The translations under genes and the position numbers were made by a program. From Flaccisagitta enflata (Eukaryota), in assembly GCA_965153355.1 (NCBI GenBank), contig OZ231126.1, positions 35,278,001-35,342,000 of the forward strand: DNA of 64,000 nucleotides. The letters are read 5' to 3'. The notes below the pieces were generated by a model. The model saw nothing but the letters and a program-made list of their open reading frames with translations. It was not told where the DNA came from and searched no databases. Below are positions 10,601-20,071 of the stretch, in pieces; the first letter of the stretch is position 1, and the number at the start of each line of letters is the position of its first letter.

Positions 10601-12942
10601 CCGTACCTAAACAGAACTCAGTCTTTAAAGTCGGAGGAGATGATGGAGCATGGCGTCTGATTGTACCGTTGTATGTAGTGGGGGAAAATGGGGAAGAGAT
10701 TGGCACTTATGCCCTTCTCGATGGTGGTGCGAACCGGAATGTGGTGTCGGAGTCGATATGTTCGCGTTTGGGAATAGGAGGAAGAAATGTGAACATGAAA
10801 GTGACGACCTTGGACAAAACTGTGGAAGGCGTCAGAAAAGTAGCAGATGTGATGGTGAAGGGGACAAATGGTTTTGAACTGAAACTGAGCAACGCGATTT
10901 TTGGAGAAATAATAGCCACAGAGGGTGACAGACCCCCCCGAATTGCGGATGTGGAGGGGATTGAACACCTAAGCGACATCGAGTTTCCCGCTTTTCCGGA
11001 AGAAAATGACGCCGACAACCAAATAGGAGTGATTATCGGGGCTGAACACGCCCGAGTATGGAGCTCTGGCGAAAGGCGCATTGGCGATGAATCACTTCCG
11101 GTGGCGTTGGAGACGGGATTCGGCTATTGTCTGATAGGCCCCAAGAAAAACATTGACTCGCATTGTTTTGTTTGTAACCATGTTTCCTTTCAGAGTTATC
11201 CATCCAACACAGAGAAAGAGATGAAAAAATGTTTTGCGAGTGAATTCGAAAGAGCAAAAAACGACGAAGAAACAATGTCGGTGGAGGATAAATTTGCTCT
11301 TAGGCAACTCGAAGAATCGATTGTATGGGACTCTACAGTGGAAAGATATCGAGTGAGCCTACCCCACAAACGCGGAAGAAAAGCGACGGCAGAGAGGATA
11401 AACAAAGTGGATTCAAGCGGTATGGCGTTGGACCGCTTGTGGAGAACGGCACGACAAATGCGAAAGGACCCGGAGAGGAGAAGGGTCACATTTGAAACAA
11501 TGCGTCAATTCGAAGCGAAGGGCAGGGTCGTGAAACTTGATCCGAAAAAGCATGCAGCAACGCCATCGGACAGGCCAAAGTGGACAATCCCCATCCATGT
11601 CACAGATAAGCCAGGGAAACCTGGTCAAGTTCGTATCTGTCATGATTGTAGGGCATCTGTGGGGGGTGTATGTTTGAATGATTGTCTGTTAGATGGCCCC
11701 CAATTGGCATGTGACATTCGTGGCGTGTTGATGCGGTTTCGTGATGGGGGTGAAGTTGCGGTAGGGGCTGACATTAAAGATTTTTTCCATGAAATCTATA
11801 TTGCAGAGGAAGACGAAGGCGCCTTTACGTACTGGTGGTTTCCGACGGAGGAGATGGACGAAGCGGAATTGAATGGATTTTTGGGTCACGTGTTCGGCGC
11901 CAAAAGTTCCAACTTCGTCGCGATCTTCACGCAACGGTACCACATCAATCAGAGGGCGAGAGAATACGGTCCTCAAGTAGTGGAGGCGTCAAACCGCAAT
12001 CTGTATGTCGACGACCTATTGAAGTCTCTGCGCAATACGAAAATAGCGCGTGATTTCCGGATCGCGATTACTGCGGCGATGAAGGATGGCGGCTTCACTC
12101 TCTGCAAGTGGCGCTCGTCAAAACCGGAAGTGTTGGAGGAGGCTGATCCGACGCCGGAAATAAAGGACTTTCGAAATGCCGCAGCCCCCGGAGAGGATGT
12201 GGGGAAAGTTTTGGGAATGCGTTATTCGTTCTCCGCGGACAAGTTTTCATATGCCCCAGAGAAAGAAAAAGCGGAAATGAAAGTGGAAACGAAACGCCAG
12301 ATGCTACAAGTGATAGCGTCATTTTTCGACCCCCTCGGATTCTTGGACCCTTTCGTGATTTGGGCGAGATTCATTCTGCAACAAGTGATGAAGACTGCGA
12401 TCGGATGGGACGAGAAAAACATAGAGGAAGCGTTGCTGGAATCATTTGCGGTGTGGCAAGGAGACTTTGAATTTCTCAAAAAATTTGAAATTGAACGATG
12501 GACTGCGACGTTGGAAACTCAGGACGGTGAAAAACAATTGATGGTGTTCAGCGATGCGAGTAGCAAAGGATACGGCGTAGTGATATACGTGCGCCGGAAG
12601 ACGCCGGACGGGAAGATTCACGTCGCGATCGTATGCTCAAAGGCGCACGTGGTGCCGGTGAAAGACGCTGAGGCTGGGCACCACGATTCGATGCCGAGGC
12701 TGGAGTTGCAGGCCGCGCGATTGGCAGCAAGGATGAGATCGTCCGTAGAAAAAGAAACAGGGAGTTATGACAGTATCATTATGTGGACTGACTCTGAGTG
12801 TGTAATTAAGCAACTTAATGATACGGTCACCCGATTTAAAGTTTACTTTTCCAACCGCATCTCAGAAATACAGGCGTTGACGAGCGTGTCCGAGTGGAGA
12901 TGGGTGCCTTCGGGGGATAACCCGGCCGACGACTGCACCTAA
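10597..12942 (+). CDS. pol: BEL/Pao Pol: aspartic protease, reverse transcriptase and RNase H; truncated before integrase
   Basis: YALLDGGA (PR); GADIKDFF, VFGAKSS, LYVDDLL (RT); VFSDAS, PRLELQAA, WTDSE, NPADD (RNase H). Confidence 0.92.
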   Translation, partial: LAVPKQNSVFKVGGDDGAWRLIVPLYVVGENGEEIGTYALLDGGANRNVVSESICSRLGIGGRNVNMKVTTLDKTVEGVRKVADVMVKGTNGFELKLSNAIFGEIIATEGDRPPRIADVEGIEHLSDIEFPAFPEENDADNQIGVIIGAEHARVWSSGERRIGDESLPVALETGFGYCLIGPKKNIDSHCFVCNHVSFQSYPSNTEKEMKKCFASEFERAKNDEETMSVEDKFALRQLEESIVWDSTVERYRVSLPHKRGRKATAERINKVDSSGMALDRLWRTARQMRKDPERRRVTFETMRQFEAKGRVVKLDPKKHAATPSDRPKWTIPIHVTDKPGKPGQVRICHDCRASVGGVCLNDCLLDGPQLACDIRGVLMRFRDGGEVAVGADIKDFFHEIYIAEEDEGAFTYWWFPTEEMDEAELNGFLGHVFGAKSSNFVAIFTQRYHINQRAREYGPQVVEASNRNLYVDDLLKSLRNTKIARDFRIAITAAMKDGGFTLCKWRSSKPEVLEEADPTPEIKDFRNAAAPGEDVGKVLGMRYSFSADKFSYAPEKEKAEMKVETKRQMLQVIASFFDPLGFLDPFVIWARFILQQVMKTAIGWDEKNIEEALLESFAVWQGDFEFLKKFEIERWTATLETQDGEKQLMVFSDASSKGYGVVIYVRRKTPDGKIHVAIVCSKAHVVPVKDAEAGHHDSMPRLELQAARLAARMRSSVEKETGSYDSIIMWTDSECVIKQLNDTVTRFKVYFSNRISEIQALTSVSEWRWVPSGDNPADDCT

Positions 12943-14936
12943 TTCAAACACCTGAAGTACTAGGGGGGTTGAACGAGCAGTCATTTATTTTGGATGGTAT
13001 ACTCTACCGTACTTTTAAAACTATCCTACCCGTCGACCCTCAAGAGCTTTCAGTGCATTCTCGCTCGATTTCGTTTTATATATTGGATAAGGTTGCACTG
13101 CTTAATCCACATAGGTAACCGAATTTGACTTTCTTCAATAACCGCAAAAAAAACCAGTAACCCTTTTTTTTTTAGTAACCGATAACCCTCACACAAATTT
13201 TTTTCTAATCTATTATCTACAGGATTTATCTCTCGCTAACGGTGCAATACCAAAAAGAAGGAGATGCTGCAATAACAGCTGATGATAATATCACAGTGTC
13301 ATGCCCAATTATGTCCCATGGTTTGATTGACGATGTTTCTGTAAGTGAAAAATTTATCCTGGAAAAAATGTCTTTTTTGTTTATCTGGTCCATTTCATTT
13401 ATAATCATCATTTTTTTTTCCAAAGGTAACGATAGGCGAATCCACACTTGACCGCCAGTCACAGTATTTTGCGTTAATCACGTATCTTGAGATGCTTTTT
13501 GAAAGGACCCAAAAAGAAAAAGACAGCTACCTTCAATTTTTTGAAGGTTTGTTAAAAAAATACTGTAAACGATAAAACATTTCAGTTGCGGACACGCGAC
13601 TCTATAAAAGGCTTTGCCCGTCCGTCCGCCCGTCGGTCCGTTGGTCCCTTGCGGACACACCCCTACCCATGCAGAAAACGCCCTTAGCCGTCCGTCAACA
13701 ACTGGTGGCCATTTGTTTGTTTATTTGTCTGTTTAGGGTTTGAAGAAGACGAAGCAGAAAAGTATACAACGCCAGCACTGGCATTAATCGCCAAAACTGT
13801 GGACGGGGTAACAACCCACACAGGAAAGAATGGCAGGGGAAGGAGAACTTTAAAAATTCTTAAAAAACAAAAACAGGAATTTTTCATGTCCTTAAAAAGC
13901 GCATTCTTAAACTTCAACAGTTTATTACCATCGAATCTTGAAGTTGGAATTCGTATATATCTAACATCGCCTGAGAAGTATTTTACAACCACATCTGCGG
14001 CCAGTAAACCAACATTTAAGATTTTGGATGCTAAACTACTTGTTGAGTTCATTTTGTTAAAACCAGTTCTCCTTCAAGCCATGGAAAGTCGTTTGGCTAA
14101 ATCTTTCCTGCAAATTGACTTCCTAGCCAAATTTGTCAAGTCATTTAGGTACTCATGTGTGTCTTTTCCAATTTTTGTCTTTTAGCCAGCCAAGAGTACG
14201 ACTGGTATTGACATGTTTTTTTTTATCTTTTGTCTTTTTGTCTCTTGTCTTTTTTGTCTTATGTACCAGCATTGAGACTGGAATATTGGAGAAATCGTTT
14301 AACATTTCGACACGAGATCCGATATCAAACATCATAGTCTTTCTTTCTCCAAATACGGTAATAACTCTGTTATACATTGAGTTACGTTATCGACTGCTAT
14401 CGACATGGATTACATTAAATAACAATTTAACATTTTATTTTCAGACACACGTTGGTAGATACCAGGAAGATTTTTATCGGTTCCAAAGAAATGGTCTTGT
14501 TCATACTTACGTCTCAAGTGGAGTTTCCGCCGTTAAAATACCCAGCTTAGCTTATAGCAATAATGGGGGTCAACTGGAGGGTTATGATTTCTCGACAGAC
14601 GCTGGTAAAAAAGCTTCATATTTTTACGTACTGCAACAATTCGGCAAACTTAATGAAGAAGGTTCGGCCAGCTTGCCTTACAGTCTTTGGTTGGAGGACA
14701 AATTTTTGTTGCCTTTTTGTTTAAGCGCTAATAACAATGTTGGGGGGGCTAATGCAGGACTTATGAACAAAACACAACCACGGTCTATTTCACCAAGTAA
14801 TGATTTCAGTATCTACTGTAAGTTTGAAAATCCTGTTCAAAAAGTTTTGAGGCTCACGGTCGTTTATTCTCAATTGAGGTCTTTAGCTATTGAGCATGAT
14901 AGAACGACATTTAAAGGCTATGAAGCTGAACAATAA
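12939..14936 (+). CDS. Maverick/Polinton-type double-jelly-roll major capsid protein, 6 exons (12939-13114, 13223-13340, 13426-13546, 13737-14148, 14270-14357, 14445-14936); start codon missing at the BEL junction
   Basis: Five GT-AG introns with matching phases (2,0,1,2,0) give an open frame of about 468 aa. Its motifs are colinear with the Polinton capsid: IYLSLTVQ..HGLIDDVSVTIG..YFALITYLEMLF..LNFNSLLPSNLEVGIRIYL..FKILDAKLLV..VKSFSIETG..DFYRFQ..LLPFCLS..CKFENPVQKVLRLTVVYSQLRSLAIEHDRT. Confidence 0.85.
13581..13665 (+). repeat. Host HINE-like repeat fragment inside capsid intron 3
   Basis: AGTTGCGGACACGCGACTCTATAAAAGGCTTTG followed by GTCC-type repeats matches host copies at about 36815 and, in reverse, about 38280-38320. 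Confidence 0.8.
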
Positions 14937-14938
14937 AT

Positions 14939-15493
14939 ATGGCATTATTCACATCTGATGTACTCATTACCAGCGATTCAGATTTAATCCATTATTTGAG
15001 CAAGTTTAAAAGAGCCTATAACGCTATTGGAAAAGGAAGATTTGTAGTGAATTATGATAAGTTACCTCAACTGTCAAGAGTGTGTAAAAAACAAAAGTCG
15101 TTTGCCGTGATTATTAATACTATGCATAGTTCGGAAACTAGCACTGGCAAAGTTGGTCACTGGACTGTCCTTCTTATAGAGAGAATAACTGGTAAAACTG
15201 GTAGATGTATATACGTTGATGGATTATTATCAAACTATCGTTCAAATCAAGACTTGAAAAAGGGAATTGATAATTTTTGTAAATATAACGACTTATACCT
15301 TGATGTCTGGAATGTGAAGACGCAAAGAATTAACTCAAACTATTGTGGCTTTGAAATTGTTTATTTTGTGTGGTATTTTGCACATCATGGTTTGAAAGGT
15401 GTATATAAATTAAAAACATTACTAAAAAAATACAGCCTTTTTGGAATTGAAAACTATATTCTTAAAAGAGCTTACAAATTGTGCACGGTTTAA
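14939..15493 (+). CDS. Adenain-like cysteine maturation protease (Maverick/Polinton PRO)
   Basis: 184 aa with VIINT...GHWTVL...YVDGL...KTQ...NYCG, the H-D-Q-C catalytic order of adenovirus/Polinton proteases. ATG follows 2 nt after the capsid stop. Confidence 0.85.
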   Translation: MALFTSDVLITSDSDLIHYLSKFKRAYNAIGKGRFVVNYDKLPQLSRVCKKQKSFAVIINTMHSSETSTGKVGHWTVLLIERITGKTGRCIYVDGLLSNYRSNQDLKKGIDNFCKYNDLYLDVWNVKTQRINSNYCGFEIVYFVWYFAHHGLKGVYKLKTLLKKYSLFGIENYILKRAYKLCTV

Positions 15494-15529
15494 TTTCCTG
15501 TGCGTCATTGTGCTTTGTTTTTTCAGATA

Positions 15530-15745
15530 ATGGATGTTGATGAGAACATCCCATCTGTTTTTCTCAACATACGCACCACAATAACATCTAATACAAAGTA
15601 TTTAAAAGTACTTTTGATTATCATTGTGCTTGGGCTACTTGTGACGGACTTCTCCTTTGATAGACTTACTTCTTGCATGTTGAGAAATAACAATACTAAC
15701 GCCTTCATGGTCAACAACGAGACAAAAACACCCAATGTACTATGA
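15530..15745 (+). CDS. Small single-pass membrane protein (71 aa), unknown function
   Basis: Hydrophobic KVLLIIIVLGLLVTDF followed by NNT and NET sequons; preceded by TTTTTTCAG|ATA ATG. Confidence 0.5.
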   Translation: MDVDENIPSVFLNIRTTITSNTKYLKVLLIIIVLGLLVTDFSFDRLTSCMLRNNNTNAFMVNNETKTPNVL

Positions 15746-15881
15746 TAATTCTCTTCAGCTTCGTGCTTTAAACAGGTACTAAAAGATAAGTGGTCCTTTA
15801 AATAAATTTTTTGGACGGGCCACTAACAGATGTTTTTTTAAATTCATTAAAATAACAAGGGATCTTCTGAAAAACGAGAAA

Positions 15882-16010
15882 ATGGGACGGAAAAGAAGAA
15901 GAGGTCGAAGACGAAGAAAAGGGAGAAGACGTCGGCAACGAAAGCGGGGAGGAAAATACGTTAAAAGATTTCAAGCTAAAACAACAAAAACTCGTAAACG
16001 ACGGCGCTAA
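15882..16010 (+). CDS. 42-aa Arg/Lys-rich protamine-like peptide (candidate virion core protein)
   Basis: MGRKRRRGRRRRKGRRRRQRKRGGKYVKRFQAKTTKTRKRRR*, 27 of 42 residues R/K; AAAATGG start context; AATAAA signals downstream. Confidence 0.5.
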   Translation: MGRKRRRGRRRRKGRRRRQRKRGGKYVKRFQAKTTKTRKRRR

Positions 16011-16542
16011 ACTATGTTTTTTTATCCAGTTTATGTTGATTATAGCTATATACGGCTGTAATTATGTCTATGTAAATAAAAGAGCAGTTGCGAATAACAG
16101 TTGTAAATGATAATAATTGTAACCATTGTAAATAACAAAGAATTACTACCTAAATAAATAACATAAAAATGAATAACCTTTTTTTTCAGTCTATATAACG
16201 CCACTTTTTATGTATTTATTATCTAGCTATATCATGCATGGCAATGACAGACAAAATAGGAAATGATTTGAAAATTGAAACATTCTGAGCCCACAAAATT
16301 GTATAAACAATATCGAGGCAAAATGAATTCAGCGGTGGATAATTTTTCCGCCCCAAATGCCGCAGGCGGCTTTGAAATAATTAAAAAAATATAAAAAAAA
16401 ACCGAGGGTGTTCAGCGTACCATATCATACTACTTCCATCCATCCGTCCGCCCCCCCCAGGCCCTCTCAGGCCTGAAATCTGACCTCTCAGGCCTAAAAT
16501 GTGCCCTCTCAGGCCTGAAATCTGCCCTCTCAGGCCTTGAAT

Positions 16543-16552
16543 NNNNNNNNNN
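16543..16552. other. Assembly gap
   Basis: 10 N. Confidence 1.
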
Positions 16553-18314
16553 TTGGTAATCATCAATTTTTTGCATAGAAAAACGTTTTTCTGTATCATA
16601 TGCTTAGGAAATGTGAGGAAAAAGCATGCGAAATTGATGGATTTTTAAACAAAAATAGATTCTTGTGCATTGCATGTTCAGCGTAAAACTAAAATCTGTC
16701 TCTTAATTCAAAATTTTTACTTGAAAACATGGCATCAGTCTAAACACTTTAAATAAACACATGTGTTTGTAAATTGTAAAATTTTGCATTCAGAGCATTT
16801 GATTCGGTTTTTTACGTGGCAACATCTTAAGTTTTCCGTGCAATTTTTTTCCAAGAATTCTGTTGTTTCACTGAGTATCCTGCGACTTTACCAATGCGGA
16901 TCAATACCATTGGTCAGTTAACTGGTTTTTAGTTAATTTAGGGAGTATAAAGCATGCATAACACTTTAGTTTTTGCCACATTTCCCCTGCATAGCAGCAT
17001 ATTCTATCACAGTACAGAACAATTTGTCAAATTTGGCGCTGTACTGCACCACGACATAATCTCTCAAATGCAACAAATGGTTATTGTCAGCAAGTAAGGG
17101 GTATGAACAGCAAACACAAATTTATTGTCAGTGGAATGATCGTAATCATCTACTGAAACATAATTCAGAGCAAAAATTGGGCAGACATGTGTAACATAAA
17201 ATGTGATAAGTTTATCTTGCAAACAACAAATCTGTGGAATGGGTCAAAAATTGGCATTTTTTAAATCATGCGACTTTAGATAAACTAACTTACAAGAGTT
17301 GCACGTTCTTTGTTTTTGTAATCTTTGATTCCCTATGCAAATTTGTTTTTTTTTCAGTTTACACAAGTCAGGTTACAAAATAGAAAAATTCTGATCTCAA
17401 TATCTCTTATTTTCAAAAGAATATGGATAAAGACTGGCAGATTTCACCGATGGCTAAATCAAGGGATATATTTCTGTTTTCTTATCAGTTTTCAATGGAT
17501 GACTCTAAATTGATATTTATGAATTAATGTCTAGCAACAGCTAAAATATTCAAAATTATGAAAAAATTAAAACAAAATGAAAGTTGTAGGGGCAATTGAG
17601 CTTGCCAATATGCAAAATATGTCTTAACCTAAGGTGTTGAATGGCCTTATCAAAAATTTAAGAAAAAAGTCAGCAATCAAGTAGAATTTCTAACTTATGC
17701 ATGAATAAGAAATTCCGCCCTAAATTATTTCATGTCATAAGAAAATGAAAACCATGTTACTCTGGAATATGTGGAATAAGTGGAAGACTGATTTTGACTT
17801 CTTTCCCGACAATTCTTCTTATTCTTATTTCATTTTTATACAAATATCTTTATTCCCTATATGTATCTTTTTATTTCCTTTACATGGAAGAATAAAATTG
17901 CACTCACACAAGGTTCTCTCCTATGTCATCTGCACTCATTTGTAATCTTCTTTCATCTTGCAAGGAATCGGATGTCACATGTAACAATATGTGAGCCGTA
18001 GCCACAATCGCGATGGGAAGGAGAGTGGTGATGACCAAAATGTGCCAATCTCGGAAACTAAGTTAGAATGATTTAGAATGATGAGTTAAAATGCTTTATT
18101 CTTAAATGTGAAACTGTAAACCATCATTCAGATCGAGAGAAAGACTAGGTCAGAATGATGCACCGAAAGTATTTCTGGAAAAATATATCCAAGAGACAAG
18201 ATTTTTTAACATGCTGCTGTATTTTCATTGATTGATGTTTATCAAACCCACTCGACCAACCACATTCAACCACATTCAACCAACTATATTCAAACAACCT
18301 CACTTGACCAACCA

Positions 18315-20071
18315 TAGTGGGCCTTACCTGGATATGGGTTCAAAAAAATCCTCAGCAGTAATTTTATAAATAGGTACATTTTATAGTAAAGATTTAATAT
18401 TGACCCTTCAAAAAAATTTTCGCTTGGAAATTCTTCCAAAAATCATTAAAATGTGTCTGTTTTCTTATATATTTATATAAAGATCTCAATGATCTATCAA
18501 TCACAATTTTGAAATTCTGATTCATGATTCATATTCCTGGTAAACTTTTCCATCATTTGATAGGCCACACTGTATACTTTCATGGAAAAATAGAATTTTC
18601 ATATGTTAGGCCACCGTTGACTTTTGTATAAGTGGCATAGAATATGAAAATTGTCTTTTCACATAAAAGTAAATAGTGAGACCTATCAAATAATTGGAAC
18701 TTTTATCAGGAAATTGAATCTTAAATCAAAATTTCAAAATTGATAGATCATTGAGATCTATACATACAAATATAAGACATCATGAACCATATCTTGACAC
18801 TCTTGTTCCATCACTTTTTTGCACCATTTTTGTCAATAGAATTATCCATTTATGACCAAAAATCTGTTTTGACATGTGCCATGTGAGCCCTCCATACTAT
18901 TTTAAAGAATCAGTCTTCAAATTGCATGCTTTGTACAATAAAATGGTCTTAAAATTGCAAAATTTTCAAGCAAAATCTCAGAAAAGAGTAAGAATCGTTT
19001 TAAAGAGGTATCCATACTGCAATATTACCAACACAGTTTATATAACATGGTCAAAATTTTTTGAGGGGCTGTTCATATCTATCTGACATTAATATAAAAC
19101 TTTTATGCCACATCATTTTTGGCATTTTGGATGTCTTTTTCAGGTTCCTTTTTTAAAATGTCAGCTGACAATTGAATTTCAAAAAAAGGATATTTGATTT
19201 TGAAAAATTCATTTGGGGTACTTCCGCAAGGAACAAAGTCATGGAATTTCAATGGTAATCAAAGTAAGCACTGAACCTTAAGAATTCCAAATTTCATAAC
19301 AATTGGCTTATTTAAAGTATCAATTTTGTGAGTTTTTCTATTCCAAATTTTGAAATTTGAAATTTAGGAAAAAAACATTTCTCATCCTCTAAATATCAAA
19401 TCTTGATCATAGATGAATATTTTGCATTTTTAAAAACATCAGACCCAAGATAATAGAATTTACTAGTGTCTGAAATTTTGGTTTTTCCAATTTTTCAATT
19501 TTCTATGCAAATTTGTAATTTAGGGTGCACCCATGTCAGATTTAACAGAAATGTGAAAAAAAAGGATATTTTTTGCTTAGAATTTTTAATGGGGCACTTC
19601 CTGTTAAAGAAAACTCATGAAACTTTCATGGTAGTTAAATGAAGCACCAAACCACCTGCATGTCAATCTTTACCTTTTTTTTCACATTTCTGTTAAATCT
19701 GACATGGGTGCACCCTAAATTACACCTGCATGATCAGAAAATTTTTAGTGTCTTAGTCAATTGAAAAATCAACTTTTCTTTTTTGGAGATTTTGCATGAA
19801 TTTTTTCTGTTAACTGCCCAAAGTGACGTGCACTTTCCGGTGAATTGTTTGTTTTTGGTAAAAAAATGATTATTTTTTTGCTCCTGAAGCGTCACAATAA
19901 TTTTCAATATATCATGAGAAAATAGACAGATTTTAGTGATTTTTGCAAAAATCTCCAAGGACAATTTTTTTTTCAAGGATCAATATCAATTCTTCACTAG
20001 AAAATGTACTTTTTTGTACAAGTCACTACAGCTGAGGATTTTTTTGAACCCATATCCAATTAAGGCCAACT
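18315..20071. mobile_element. Non-autonomous DNA transposon with about 40-bp imperfect TIRs
   Basis: GGCCTTACCTGGATATGGGTTCAAAAAAATCCTCAGC versus GCTGAGGATTTTTTTGAACCCATATCCAATTAAGGCC; it interrupts a CACTTGACC tandem array. Confidence 0.65.

Larger units (their letters stand above)
9010..12940 (+). mobile_element. BEL/Pao LTR retrotransposon, 3'-truncated (no integrase, no 3' LTR; 5' boundary not located, possibly near 8000)
   Basis: Domain order Gag(3 Zn knuckles)-PR-RT-RNase H with Pao-type motifs; the sequence breaks off at WRWVPSGDNPADDCT. Confidence 0.92.
12939..16434 (+). mobile_element. Right end of a Maverick/Polinton (endogenous virus); may extend leftward beyond the window start
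   Basis: Capsid plus protease module. Terminus ...CATATCATACTACT at 16434 (AGTAGT-type end) is directly followed by the interior of a host repeat. Confidence 0.8.
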
